From: Candidatus Hermodarchaeota archaeon
GTDB taxonomy: Archaea; Asgardarchaeota; Lokiarchaeia; Sigyniarchaeales; SOKP01
Length of the DNA: 45,860 bases
Assembly (NCBI GenBank): GCA_048885535.1
Contig: JBHLLO010000003.1
Location: 40,030 to 85,889 of the forward strand
Direction of reading: 5' to 3'
Notes under the pieces: generated by a model
What the model was told of the DNA's origin: nothing
What the model saw: the letters and a program-made list of their open reading frames with translations, nothing else
Database searches by the model: none
Made by a program: the position numbers and the translations under genes
Shown: piece by piece, positions 29,274 through 39,420 of the stretch
How positions within the stretch are numbered: position 1 is the stretch's first letter
How the letters are laid out: every line of letters starts with the position of its first letter

Positions 29274-30506
29274 GTGAATGAAAATATGAAATATCGAAGA
29301 ATGGGATCTCTTGGTTGGGAGGTGTCAGCATTAGGGTTTGGTTGTATGCGTTTACCCACTAAGAATATTAAAGATGAAGAGACGAATCAAATAAGAACAA
29401 AAATCGATGAATATGAGGCAATTAAAATTATTCGTCATGGAATTGATAGTGGGATTAATTACATAGATACGGCATGGCCATATCATGAACGTGAAAGTGA
29501 AATACTTGTTGGTAAAGTTTTAAAAAACGGATATAGAGAAAAAGTAAGATTAGTTACTAAACTACCTACTTGGTTAATTAAAAAACCTGATGATTTTGAT
29601 GATTTTCTAAATGAACAGCTTAAGAAGTTACAAACAAATTATTTGGATGTTTATCTTTTCCATGGTTTAAATAAAAATCGGTTCAATGTTGTTAAAGAGA
29701 TGAACTTGATAAGGAAAATGGAGATCGCAAGAGAAGAAGGCAAAATAAAACATATAGGTTTTTCGTTTCATGATAATTTTGAATCTTTCAAAGAAATCAT
29801 TGATTATTACAAATGGGATGCTGCTCAGATTCAATATAATTATATGGATATTGAATATCAAGCAGGAATAAAAGGTCTAAAATATGCTGCTGATAAGGGA
29901 ATTGCTGTTATAATTATGGAACCACTTCAAGGCGGAAAACTCGTTAAATTATTTCCTCAAGTCGAAAATGTTCTTAACAAAGCTAAATATAAAAGAAAAT
30001 TAGCTGATTGGGCACTACAGTTTTTATGGAATCAACCTGAAGTATCTGTTGTTTTGAGTGGTATGAGTGCTGAATGGATGGTGAATGAAAATCTTCAAAG
30101 TGCTGACATGTCGGGAGTTAATTCACTTAACAAGGATGAATTGAAAGTCATTTCGGATTTAAGACAGGCATATAAGGAATATATAACAATCCCATGTACA
30201 AATTGTGAATATTGCCTTCCATGCCCTAATTCTGTGAACATTCCATTTAACTTTCGAATACTTAACGATTTTATCTGGTTTGGAGAAGATCAGAGAGAAA
30301 AATATCTTGGTTTTTATAAAAGATTTTTACAAACCGCCAAGGAATTAGAGACATCTAAGGAAGAGAATGCTGGTGATGCAAGTGTATGTAGTCAATGTGG
30401 TGAATGTCTTGAAAAGTGTCCTCAACAAATTGATATACCTGAACTGTTAAAGAAAGTCGATTCGGTTTTCGGAAAAGGAAGGAAATTATCAGAAATATTA
30501 GGTTAA
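29274..30506 (+). CDS. Aldo/keto reductase with C-terminal 4Fe-4S dicluster
   Basis: LGFGCMRLP, GINYIDTAWPYH, TKLP, IGFSFH, MEPL.GG, CTNCEYCLPCP, CSQCGECLEKCPQ. Confidence 0.93.
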   Translation: MNENMKYRRMGSLGWEVSALGFGCMRLPTKNIKDEETNQIRTKIDEYEAIKIIRHGIDSGINYIDTAWPYHERESEILVGKVLKNGYREKVRLVTKLPTWLIKKPDDFDDFLNEQLKKLQTNYLDVYLFHGLNKNRFNVVKEMNLIRKMEIAREEGKIKHIGFSFHDNFESFKEIIDYYKWDAAQIQYNYMDIEYQAGIKGLKYAADKGIAVIIMEPLQGGKLVKLFPQVENVLNKAKYKRKLADWALQFLWNQPEVSVVLSGMSAEWMVNENLQSADMSGVNSLNKDELKVISDLRQAYKEYITIPCTNCEYCLPCPNSVNIPFNFRILNDFIWFGEDQREKYLGFYKRFLQTAKELETSKEENAGDASVCSQCGECLEKCPQQIDIPELLKKVDSVFGKGRKLSEILG

Positions 30507-30653
30507 ATAAGTAATTCAGGTTGAATTCAATGTAATTCTTATTTCAAACGAATTTTCCACTTTCTTAGAACAATTATAGAAGCACTTATAAGTTTATATT
30601 TTATTAAAATTTTAAAGACTAACTATAATAATTTGGTAAAAGGGTAAATAAAA

Positions 30654-30818
30654 ATGAAATTCAACTGGAAACAATTCAAAAAAACTTATCCCTATATATG
30701 TGAGAATTGTGGGGAACTTTCTAATATGGAAAGAGAATATTGTGAAAAATGCGGTTCACAACATTTTAGGGCTACAAAAAAAGAAGACCACGAAAAATTA
30801 ATGAAGGAAAAAAAATAA
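30654..30818 (+). CDS. 54-aa zinc-ribbon microprotein (below the ORF-track cutoff)
   Basis: My translation: MKFNWKQFKKTYPYICENCGELSNMEREYCEKCGSQHFRATKKEDHEKLMKEKK*. Confidence 0.75.
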   Translation: MKFNWKQFKKTYPYICENCGELSNMEREYCEKCGSQHFRATKKEDHEKLMKEKK

Positions 30819-30842
30819 AATAAAAATTTTAATTAATAAAAT

Positions 30843-31370
30843 TTAATCTCTTGTCCATTTGTACTTTTTTGGTCCAGCAAAAAGCAATACGAAAGCTGGA
30901 ATTAAGATCAATATACCTCCCCACCACCATAGGCTTACAATCTCAACCAGAACACCCCAGAATAGCATCCAAGGGAATCTAAGCTTTCCCAAGTTCAAGA
31001 CCCATTCATATAGCGCATCCCAATCCTTTTCACCACATCTTTTAGAAAACTTAGGTCTAATAATGACAATTGAAACTATAAGAGTTATTGCAGAACCAAT
31101 CAAATACCAAATATCTAATCCGATAGGCATTGGTGGTACTGGTAAAAACAATGACTCATAGAGAGGTCTAATAACTGTCTCCCAATAAATAGCTGTGGAT
31201 ATTATCCAATAAAGTGATAATATTATACCTAGAATTCCATTAATCATTGCTACAATCCAAGCCCATTTACCTATACCTGATACCCAACCTGCATGTTTCC
31301 ATTCTGACGTTGTGGCTTTTTTTTTTGTGGCTTTTTTTTTTGGAGCTTCTGGCTCAACTTCTTCTCCCAT
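30843..31370 (-). CDS. Hypothetical membrane protein (about 4 TM) with Lys-rich N-terminus
   Basis: KKKATKKKAT followed by Trp-rich hydrophobic helices; GAGGT SD upstream. Confidence 0.75.
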   Translation of the reverse strand: MGEEVEPEAPKKKATKKKATTSEWKHAGWVSGIGKWAWIVAMINGILGIILSLYWIISTAIYWETVIRPLYESLFLPVPPMPIGLDIWYLIGSAITLIVSIVIIRPKFSKRCGEKDWDALYEWVLNLGKLRFPWMLFWGVLVEIVSLWWWGGILILIPAFVLLFAGPKKYKWTRD

Positions 31371-31526
31371 ATCTATTTACCTCTATTTTTGAAGTTTAAT
31401 ATTTTTTTATTATTAGATAAAAACTCATATTTATGCAATTAAATTTATTTTAATTATTTTAATAATTTGTTATTGTGGTTTAATTAAAGCTTTAAGTTCA
31501 ATCGATAACTATAAATTACATTATTT

Positions 31527-32993
31527 TTATCTATTGTTTGATTCAATAATTTCACCTACATAGTAAAGTCCAACTAAATTTCCTCTACTTTGAAATCTCC
31601 TTGAAACCAGTAAAATAATAACATGCTCATTCTCATCTAAAATTCCAATCTCCACACCATATTTAACAGATTCTTCAATTAAGCTTTCAGCATCCAGATT
31701 AAAAAAGTCAATGTTCTCAATATGAATGGATTGAACACCCCATACTAAATGTAATTCGCGAGCAGTTCTTTTAAAAGGTGTCATAGCAATTATTGGCAAT
31801 GGTGGCCGAAATTTTGATATCATTCTTGCTCCATAACCTTGTCGAGTTATTACTAAGATCTTTCCCCGAAAGTTTAGTTCTTGCATTTCTTTTGCTAAAG
31901 CATGAATTGCATGACCAAGAGTTTGAGTGTGTGTTAGTCGATCTGAATCATAGTCATCTGGAGATCTTAATGGAGTATGCTGAGTTGCAGTTGTAGCAAT
32001 TTTATTCATATATTCAACACAGCTTATTGGGAACTTCCCAACAGCGGTTTCAGCAGAAAGCATAACCGCGTCAGTACCATCTATTACAGCATTATATATA
32101 TCATTTGCTTCTGCGCGGGTAGGAATGGGTGTATTTACCATTGATTCTAGCATCTGAGTGGCCACGATAACAGGTTTTCCTTCTTTATTAGATTTATAAA
32201 TAAGCTCCTTTTGTTTAATGGGTACTTGATCTGGAGATATCTCAACCCCAAGATCACCCCTGGCTATCATAATTCCATCAGACATGTCTAAAATTTGATC
32301 AAAATTATCCAATGCGACAGGTCTCTCAATTTTTGATATTAGTTTTATTTCACTATTTCCATAATTTTCGAGAAGTTTCTTTACAGTGAGAACATCATCA
32401 CCAGTTGAGACAAATGAAATTGCAACATATTCAGGATTTAATTGGGCAATGAATTCAAGATCCTTGATATCCTTTTCAGTGGGTACTTTAGTTGCTAACT
32501 CGCCACTAGGGATATTAACTCCTTTATTATTGCTAATTAAACCTCCAGCTATTACTTCTCCAATAATATGGTTCCTTTCTTTACTTTTCACCTTAATTTT
32601 AATTATTCCATCATTGACAAAAAAGAAATCTCCTTTATTTAAGCTTTTTAAAATCCCAACTAAAGGTATAGAAAATTGAGTTTGGTCTCCTCCTCCTTCT
32701 ATTTCGTTCTCATAAACTTTAACTTCCTGACCTACATTCAAATTATAAGCTTGATCATTTTTAAACTTCCCAACTCTGATTTTAGGTCCTTGGATATCAG
32801 CTAAGATTCCCACATAGTCATCGATTCCTCTAATTTTCTCAACCAATTGTCTTTTTTCATCATGGGTACCATGAGAAAAATTTAATCTGAAGATGTCAAT
32901 CCCAGTATCGATTAATTTTTTAATCATATTTTTGGAATCTGAAGCTGGACCTAAAGTAGCTATAATTTTGATAGTATTTTCTCGGAATGACAT
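31527..32993 (-). CDS. pyk: Pyruvate kinase
   Basis: KIIATLGPAS, RLNFSHG, DIQGPKIR, KGVNIP, SKIE, MIARGDLGVE, ATQMLESM, PTRAE, DAVMLSAETAVG. Confidence 0.98.
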   Translation of the reverse strand: MSFRENTIKIIATLGPASDSKNMIKKLIDTGIDIFRLNFSHGTHDEKRQLVEKIRGIDDYVGILADIQGPKIRVGKFKNDQAYNLNVGQEVKVYENEIEGGGDQTQFSIPLVGILKSLNKGDFFFVNDGIIKIKVKSKERNHIIGEVIAGGLISNNKGVNIPSGELATKVPTEKDIKDLEFIAQLNPEYVAISFVSTGDDVLTVKKLLENYGNSEIKLISKIERPVALDNFDQILDMSDGIMIARGDLGVEISPDQVPIKQKELIYKSNKEGKPVIVATQMLESMVNTPIPTRAEANDIYNAVIDGTDAVMLSAETAVGKFPISCVEYMNKIATTATQHTPLRSPDDYDSDRLTHTQTLGHAIHALAKEMQELNFRGKILVITRQGYGARMISKFRPPLPIIAMTPFKRTARELHLVWGVQSIHIENIDFFNLDAESLIEESVKYGVEIGILDENEHVIILLVSRRFQSRGNLVGLYYVGEIIESNNR

Positions 32994-33079
32994 ATATATC
33001 TTTATTCCTTTTATTAATGTTTAATTATAAGAAAGATAATTAACCAATTTATATTATTTTTGATTAAAATTTAATAATT

Positions 33080-33556
33080 TTATAATTGATTTTTTATATT
33101 AGTTAATTTTTTTCTAAAATTAATTCTTAAATCTTTTAATGTCTTGACTGAATCTTGAAACTCATCTTTGGTTTTAATCTCCTTTAAAGCCAATAGACTA
33201 ATTCTCAAATTCTTAGGATGGATTGAGAATTGGATTAACTTTATATTCTTATGTAAATAAGTTTTAGCGAGAATTACTAAGAAATCAGAGCTTTGAAAAG
33301 CTAAAATAACTGCTAAAAAATAGATAAATTTCGGATTATTTTGATAATTTCGAGTTTTAATTAAATAAAAATTTCTATATTCCTTACTCAATTCATAGAG
33401 ATTCTCAATTCTTAAGACAATAGTTACACCCTCTCTCGTCTCTGAAATAGGAGGATATTTGGTTTTTAACTTTTTTGCATTTTTAATTATTTCAGATTTA
33501 AGATATGAGTTCAATGGTTTATTATTTGATGTTTTTTCGTTTTTAAAACTACTCAA
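33080..33556 (-). CDS. Hypothetical protein
   Basis: 158-aa ORF filling the gap between co-oriented genes; no motif recognised. Confidence 0.6.
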   Translation of the reverse strand: MSSFKNEKTSNNKPLNSYLKSEIIKNAKKLKTKYPPISETREGVTIVLRIENLYELSKEYRNFYLIKTRNYQNNPKFIYFLAVILAFQSSDFLVILAKTYLHKNIKLIQFSIHPKNLRISLLALKEIKTKDEFQDSVKTLKDLRINFRKKLTNIKNQL

Positions 33557-33602
33557 ATTTTATTCTCTCTAAAAAATAACTTTAATTATAAAAAATCAAG
33601 AT

Positions 33603-35567
33603 TCAATATAAATCCTTAATAACAAAATCCAAATTTAGTCTTTTTAAAGTTTCCTTTAAAGGAACTCCTGTTTCTGGATCCCATCCCATCTCTTTGGCGT
33701 ATCCCTTATAGAACTCTTTATATTCAACTGAAACATTTTTAGTTGGACCCTTTTCATCAGGAGGATGCCCCGTAATCCTACCAGGTAACTCATTATCTAT
33801 AATTTTAATACCTTCTCGTAAAGTGAATGCCTGTCTTAAAGTTTGGATTCTCATGCCAATTTCTAGGATTTCTTCAACGTCCATATCCCAGCCCGTTAGT
33901 GAGTTAATTAAGTCAATGAAAGGGTAAGGTCCAAATAGTGTAGAGAACAAACATAATCCAGAACTATTAATAGTCTGATGAAAGCAAGTTACCATTTTTT
34001 GTGCTTTCTGTCTTTTCATCTCATTTTTTTTCCATCCCCTTGGTAATTTAAATCCTGTCTGAAATTTGTCTATAGGTCCAATATCGACAAAATCTACGCT
34101 TGCTGCTGTATGTCTACTAGGGGTGGGATCATAAGCATAAGTAAAAGCTAATGAAGGAAATATTCTAGGGTTATGCATAGCTACTTCAGAACCTTGCGAA
34201 ACCATAGCATACTTCATGCTATTTTTACCAATCTTATTTGCAGCAATTTCACAACCATCAGCTAATATATCTCCTATCCCCTCACGATCTATAATCTTCT
34301 TCACTAATTGAACAATCGTTTTTGAGTCTCCCCATTTTAATACTAATCCTTCTGTATCTTCTAAATTTAAAATATTGCTTTCAAAGCATTCAATAGCAAA
34401 AGCAACTGTAGCGCCCGTAGATATCGTATCAATTGCAGCACGATTACATAACTCGTTGAGTTCAAAAATTGATATTAGATCATTATTTAATAATAAAGCT
34501 CCAAACGCACAACAGGTTTCATATTCGGGTAAAAAAGTTTCCTCCAATTCCAATTCTGGAACCTTTAATATTGCTCCACATTGAATTGGACAACTAAAAC
34601 ATCCATAATCCTTAATTTTATAATTTTGAATAATATTTGCAGATAAATCTTTTGATTTTGAAAATGGAAAATCATACATACCTACTCCCTTCCAATTTTT
34701 GACAGGGGAGTCTCCTGTTTCAGCAGATAAAGTATTGCCAACACTGGTTCCAAAATTCTGATATATATATTTTACCATTCCTGCAGGACCTGAAAATTTA
34801 ACTTTAAGACGCCGCATTAATTTAGCTAAATTTGGAGCTTTATTTAAAATAAATTTAATAAATGAACCTGGCTTTTTTTTTTCTTTAATGCTATTATATT
34901 TCTTTACCAAATTCATAAATTGGTTTTTATCATAAAAATCTAATCTGTGGTTTCCTCTTAAAATGAGAGCTTTCAGATTCTTTGACCCCATAATAGCTCC
35001 TAAACCAGATCTTGCGGCAATTCTCCCCTTATCGTTAGCAATCCCAGAAATTTTTGAAAGGTTTTCTCCAGCTTGTCCAATACCTGCGACCTTTGCGGTT
35101 TTACCATGCCTAATTTTCAGTAATTCTTCACTTCTGATAAAATCTATTCCCCAAATATCTGTGGCTTCTAAGATTTCATTAGTCTCGTCTAAAATTGCGA
35201 TATAGACTGGATTTTTTGCCTTGCCATTAATCAAAATAGCATCATACCCACATCTTTTAATTTCAGGTCCAAAAGTACCTCCACTATTAGCATCACCCCA
35301 AGTTCTTGTCAAAGGTGATTTTCCTACAACCATATATCTTCCAGATAAAGGAGCGGTTGTACTTGTAAGTAATCCAGGGAAAAATCCAAGAATCGATTCG
35401 GGAGCAAGAGGTTCAATTTGAGGTCTTGTATAATCATAAATAATTCTACAACCTAAGCCATACCCTCCCAGAAAATGGCGATAGAACTTGTCTGATAAAT
35501 TGATTACATTGAATTGTTTTTTCGATAAATCTATTGATAAAATTTTTCCAAAAAATCCAACTGGCAT
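33603..35567 (-). CDS. aor: Aldehyde:ferredoxin oxidoreductase family (tungstopterin)
   Basis: FLGG.GLG, KSPLT, NSGG.F, IG.AGE, AARSGLGA.MGSKNLKA, CFSCPIQC, PEYET, DTISTG, GILADG-like motif. Confidence 0.93.
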   Translation of the reverse strand: MPVGFFGKILSIDLSKKQFNVINLSDKFYRHFLGGYGLGCRIIYDYTRPQIEPLAPESILGFFPGLLTSTTAPLSGRYMVVGKSPLTRTWGDANSGGTFGPEIKRCGYDAILINGKAKNPVYIAILDETNEILEATDIWGIDFIRSEELLKIRHGKTAKVAGIGQAGENLSKISGIANDKGRIAARSGLGAIMGSKNLKALILRGNHRLDFYDKNQFMNLVKKYNSIKEKKKPGSFIKFILNKAPNLAKLMRRLKVKFSGPAGMVKYIYQNFGTSVGNTLSAETGDSPVKNWKGVGMYDFPFSKSKDLSANIIQNYKIKDYGCFSCPIQCGAILKVPELELEETFLPEYETCCAFGALLLNNDLISIFELNELCNRAAIDTISTGATVAFAIECFESNILNLEDTEGLVLKWGDSKTIVQLVKKIIDREGIGDILADGCEIAANKIGKNSMKYAMVSQGSEVAMHNPRIFPSLAFTYAYDPTPSRHTAASVDFVDIGPIDKFQTGFKLPRGWKKNEMKRQKAQKMVTCFHQTINSSGLCLFSTLFGPYPFIDLINSLTGWDMDVEEILEIGMRIQTLRQAFTLREGIKIIDNELPGRITGHPPDEKGPTKNVSVEYKEFYKGYAKEMGWDPETGVPLKETLKRLNLDFVIKDLY

Positions 35568-35736
35568 AAGTAAAATAAAATTTTTCTATTAAAATTATAT
35601 TAGAATTATTAAATAAAATAATTTTAAGTTCATTAATAAATCTCAATCATAAATTCTAAGGAGATTTTAAATGATTTCTATTTGAATTTAAATAACCAAA
35701 AATCCTTTTACTTAACAACTTATTTAACCAAAAGGT

Positions 35737-35750
35737 CGAAACTTATATAT
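35737..35750 (+). promoter_or_regulatory. BRE/TATA promoter preceding a long leader and the 71-aa ORF
   Basis: CGAAAC-TTATATAT, with the same BRE as the grpE promoter. Confidence 0.5.
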
Positions 35751-35917
35751 ATCTCGTTTTTTTTATAATATTGGTTTAAAACAATATACACAACCTTTAG
35801 TTAGAATTATTAGCTCAATAGTATTTAATGGTTTAAGGGCATTTTTTGAAGATTTTTACCAAAAAAGTAAATTAGTTAAACCTTACTGTCTATTACATAA
35901 TATTTTGGAGGTCTCCA

Positions 35918-36133
35918 ATGGCATTAATCCCAACTACAAAAAAGGATAAGATAACCATAAGTAAGTTTATTGATTGGGATAAATTTGAAAATTGCTTCTA
36001 CAATAATATTTATTTAGAGGATTATAAGATTGTAATCAAAATGCCACTGGTAGCAAGTAAAAAGTATAAACAAGATATAAAAATCAAGAGATTTGATTTA
36101 ACTAAATATACCTACTTAGTTTCATATGATTAA
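35918..36133 (+). CDS. Small hypothetical protein
   Basis: Strong SD GGAGGT at 35907-35912; 71 aa. Confidence 0.65.
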   Translation: MALIPTTKKDKITISKFIDWDKFENCFYNNIYLEDYKIVIKMPLVASKKYKQDIKIKRFDLTKYTYLVSYD

Positions 36134-36171
36134 ACGATTACCCTATTTGCTTACTTCTATTTTAAATCCAA

Positions 36172-36300
36172 TTATTTAATAAGACGTTTGTCTTTGAGAT
36201 ATTTATTCCAACATGAAAAGCATATAAATACTTCTTCTTTTGATTTTACTAAATCTTTTGTTGCCCTAATCATTCCGCAATTTTGGCATTTTTTTTTCAT
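36172..36300 (-). CDS. 42-aa C4 zinc-finger microprotein (below the ORF-track cutoff)
   Basis: My translation: MKKKCQNCGMIRATKDLVKSKEEVFICFSCWNKYLKDKRLIK*. Confidence 0.7.
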   Translation of the reverse strand: MKKKCQNCGMIRATKDLVKSKEEVFICFSCWNKYLKDKRLIK

Positions 36301-36401
36301 AGCTGAAATTTTTTATTTAATTGACTATATGTGAATAAATTGGCAAAAGTTTTTAATTTTATAGGAATAAAGTGTGTTTATTTTTAATTTTTATAAAAAA
36401 A

Positions 36402-36676
36402 GCGAAAGAAATCCATAGTTCGAGCAAAATTTATAAGGTTTAGAAATAATTAAGCAGTTATGCTTAATAGAGGGCGAAATCCAATGTTTAGCTCGAATTA
36501 ATGGAATCCTTCCGTTTCTTAATGTAACTAACAATTTAGTGAAATAAATAGGTTAATAAATAAATCTTAGTTTGTGACAATAACACGGAAAAGATTAGAT
36601 CTGCGACAAAAAAATCAAATCCCTTTGGAACTTATAGATATCAATTTTTAAAGGTCTTTATTTTTCCCTTTTTTTT
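36402..36676 (+). ncRNA. Candidate structured non-coding RNA or regulatory leader
   Basis: Several stems in an ORF-free stretch, a TATA-like box at 36430-36437, and a terminal hairpin plus T-tract; no known family recognised. Confidence 0.3.
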
Positions 36677-36806
36677 AAGAGTTAATATTCTAAAGCTTTA
36701 ATAGTCTAATCCAAGATTTTTTTGTTTACTTTAAAAAGTTTGAATCAGAATTAAGGATAATGTATTATTGAGTCTAAAATATAAGATTCCAATTTAAAGA
36801 AAAATC

Positions 36807-37025
36807 ATGAAAGAAGATACGCTATTGAAAGAAAAGAAGAAAGAACAGTTTTGCGATAGTCTTGAGAGAATGTGGGGTAATAGGTCCAATGGAACGAAAA
36901 AATTGAAAATTAGATTAACTACTGGAAATCAAACTTTATCATTAAAATTAGAAAATGGTAATAATGGGAAAATTAATGACACTTATAACTTGATATCTAA
37001 TTTATTGAAGGATTTTTTTTCTTGA
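36807..37025 (+). CDS. Small hypothetical protein
   Basis: 72-aa ATG ORF; no motif. Confidence 0.5.
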   Translation: MKEDTLLKEKKKEQFCDSLERMWGNRSNGTKKLKIRLTTGNQTLSLKLENGNNGKINDTYNLISNLLKDFFS

Positions 37026-37079
37026 ATTTGTAATGTGTATTTTATTATATTTGAATATTACCACTTCTATAAAGTATAA

Positions 37080-37685
37080 GTGAATCTTTTCATTCCATTT
37101 TTTATAATATTGTATATTATCTTAAAATACTTGAGAAGCTATATGTCTAAAAGCAAGAATAGTCTTCTAAGAAAAATTATCAAACTCGAGTTTGAAATGT
37201 TTGAAAATGTAAGGGCTATTCAACCATCTCTATGTCAAGAAAAACCCGGATCATTTAGATTGATGAGAGAAATGAATCATAGTGTATTATCTAATGATAC
37301 TCTCAAATCTTATTTAAAAGATTTAAAAACCGCAAGATTAAAAGGGAGAAACCTGATGACTGAGAAGTACGCTCGCATTAATAATATAATCCATCCAATT
37401 AATCTCAATCCAGATATTCAAAAGATTGTATCTACAGAATTAGAATGGTTTAAAGAATTTTCCGAGCAGTATCCTTATATCATAAATAAAAAACCAAATT
37501 ATTTTTCGAAGTATCTCTCATGTGAATTAGAGACTTATTCTAACAGATCAATCGAATTATATATTAAAGATATTGAAATTGCACAGAAGGTTGGAATTAA
37601 CCTAGTAAAACAAAGGTTCAAATATCTTGTCAAGAAGTTAGGTTATACTTCTTTGGATGAGTTTGAATCGAAAAGAAAAGAATAG
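37080..37685 (+). CDS. DUF4125-family protein (likely start ATG 37143)
   Basis: IIKLEFEMF..V, CQE.P..F.LMR, SYLKDL, GRNLMTEKYAR, YL.CEL.TYS. Confidence 0.8.
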   Translation: MNLFIPFFIILYIILKYLRSYMSKSKNSLLRKIIKLEFEMFENVRAIQPSLCQEKPGSFRLMREMNHSVLSNDTLKSYLKDLKTARLKGRNLMTEKYARINNIIHPINLNPDIQKIVSTELEWFKEFSEQYPYIINKKPNYFSKYLSCELETYSNRSIELYIKDIEIAQKVGINLVKQRFKYLVKKLGYTSLDEFESKRKE

Positions 37686-37830
37686 AAAAAATTATTTTTT
37701 TCTAAGTAAAGTCTCATTTTAGTTTTATAAATCATCTAAATTTCATTTTAATCTTATGAGTTATTAAACCTATCTTTATTTTTCTTATTCTTCACTTAAT
37801 AATATAGATATTGTTAAAAGTTGACTTCTT

Positions 37831-38433
37831 ATGTTTGAAACTGAGATGGTGAAGAAAAGTTATAATAAAATTGCTGCTATTTATTATTCCAATAGAGATC
37901 TAACCAAGTTTAACGGTGAATTAGATAAGTTTATTGAACTTTTACCAAAAGAAGCACATATTTTAGATGCAGGGTGTGGAGCAGGAATACCCACGGCAAA
38001 GTATTTAGTGAATAAGGGATTAAAGGTGACTGGTGTTGATATATCAGATACAATGCTAAAAATGGCTCGGAATAATGTGCCAGAAGGAAATTTTCTCAAC
38101 CAAGACTTAAATAATCTTGATTTTGAAAAGGAAAGTTTTGATGGACTTATTTCAGTATATACACTATTTCATATTCCTAAAAAGAATCTTGACAAAATTA
38201 TTAGAAAATTTTTCGAAATTTTAAAACCTGGTGGCATTATGTTAATAAATACTGGAGTTTCAGATTCAGGGGGAATAAGTAATTTTTTCGGAGAACCAAT
38301 GTTTTGGAGTAATTATGATCCAAAAAAGACATTAGAAATAGTTAAGTCTGTTGGATTTTCAATAGTATTTGAAGGGGTTCTTGTGAGAGGTGGGGAGTTT
38401 CAATACTGGATTTTTGCTGAAAAAAGAACATGA
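37831..38433 (+). CDS. Class I SAM-dependent methyltransferase
   Basis: ILDAGCGAG, GVDIS..ML, LFHIP, LKPGG. Confidence 0.93.
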   Translation: MFETEMVKKSYNKIAAIYYSNRDLTKFNGELDKFIELLPKEAHILDAGCGAGIPTAKYLVNKGLKVTGVDISDTMLKMARNNVPEGNFLNQDLNNLDFEKESFDGLISVYTLFHIPKKNLDKIIRKFFEILKPGGIMLINTGVSDSGGISNFFGEPMFWSNYDPKKTLEIVKSVGFSIVFEGVLVRGGEFQYWIFAEKRT

Positions 38434-38523
38434 TTCATCTTTTTATTTTATATTATTCTGAGTGATTTAATAATGAAAAAAAGATGAGAACTAAGTTTTT
38501 AGAATAATAAAAAAAAATGAATA

Positions 38524-39321
38524 TTATTCTCTGAAACCATAGTACACGTTTATTACAAGCAATAAGACGTCTTGAATAGATAAAGTGTAGAATGGTAACG
38601 AAAGGATTATATATTCCCAACCAAATGTGAAGGAAAACAGAGCTATAACTACTGCAATAAATGTTAAAATAGATAGTAAGCTTTTTCCAATATTTAACCA
38701 GTGACTTGGCTTTTTTTCCTCAAGTTTTTCGAGAATTTGATATTTTGAGAGTTCCTGGTAATTTGTTATTTGATTAATTCGCTTCTTTAACCTTTTCTTT
38801 TGCCTAGTCAAGCCGATCGTTCTAAAGAGAATTCCGATGAAATAGAGCACAATTATAATTAGAATATCTAATAGAGTGTTGGTAACAGATTCAATGGTTA
38901 CATTTGGTCCATAGATATTAATAATTATAACTAGAATTAATATCAGAACTAATGAAATTCTTACAGTATATTTAGGTAAATATAATGGATATATTTGTTT
39001 TTCTTTTTCTTGTCTGAATTTTTCTGGGTCTTGAATTTCTTCAACTAACTTTAACTTATCTTCTCCACCTTTCCTTGCTTCAAAATAAAATGCAATTAAA
39101 ATAAAAATGGCATTAGTAATTATACTAGGAATAGTCTGATCTCCAAATAGATAATCATTAATTATATAAGTAAAAGGGAAACTTACGATCATCAGGGTAA
39201 TAATTGCTCTTACTGTGCCCTTTGGTAATGTAAGAGGTTGTCCCTCAACTTTGCCTCCTTGAGTAATTCTTTTTCCGATACACCATAGAATTAAAAATAC
39301 ACCTAAGATCCAACTTATCAT
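38524..39321 (-). CDS. Hypothetical membrane protein with internal duplication
   Basis: PLTLPKGTVRAII and PLYLPKYTVRISL each precede a TM pair. Confidence 0.75.
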   Translation of the reverse strand: MISWILGVFLILWCIGKRITQGGKVEGQPLTLPKGTVRAIITLMIVSFPFTYIINDYLFGDQTIPSIITNAIFILIAFYFEARKGGEDKLKLVEEIQDPEKFRQEKEKQIYPLYLPKYTVRISLVLILILVIIINIYGPNVTIESVTNTLLDILIIIVLYFIGILFRTIGLTRQKKRLKKRINQITNYQELSKYQILEKLEEKKPSHWLNIGKSLLSILTFIAVVIALFSFTFGWEYIILSLPFYTLSIQDVLLLVINVYYGFRE

Positions 39322-39420
39322 GATTATTTCATTTTAATTTAATTAGATATACTAAAAATAATTTTTATAATTAAAAAATTTGATTTATGAAAAATTGTTT
39401 GACAGATTATTGTTTTTAGG

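Noticed and set aside
36402-36676. SECIS, RNase P, SRP RNA or c-di-GMP riboswitch
   Set aside because: The diagnostic conserved sequences were not found by eye, and no nearby gene shows an in-frame TGA at a Cys position.
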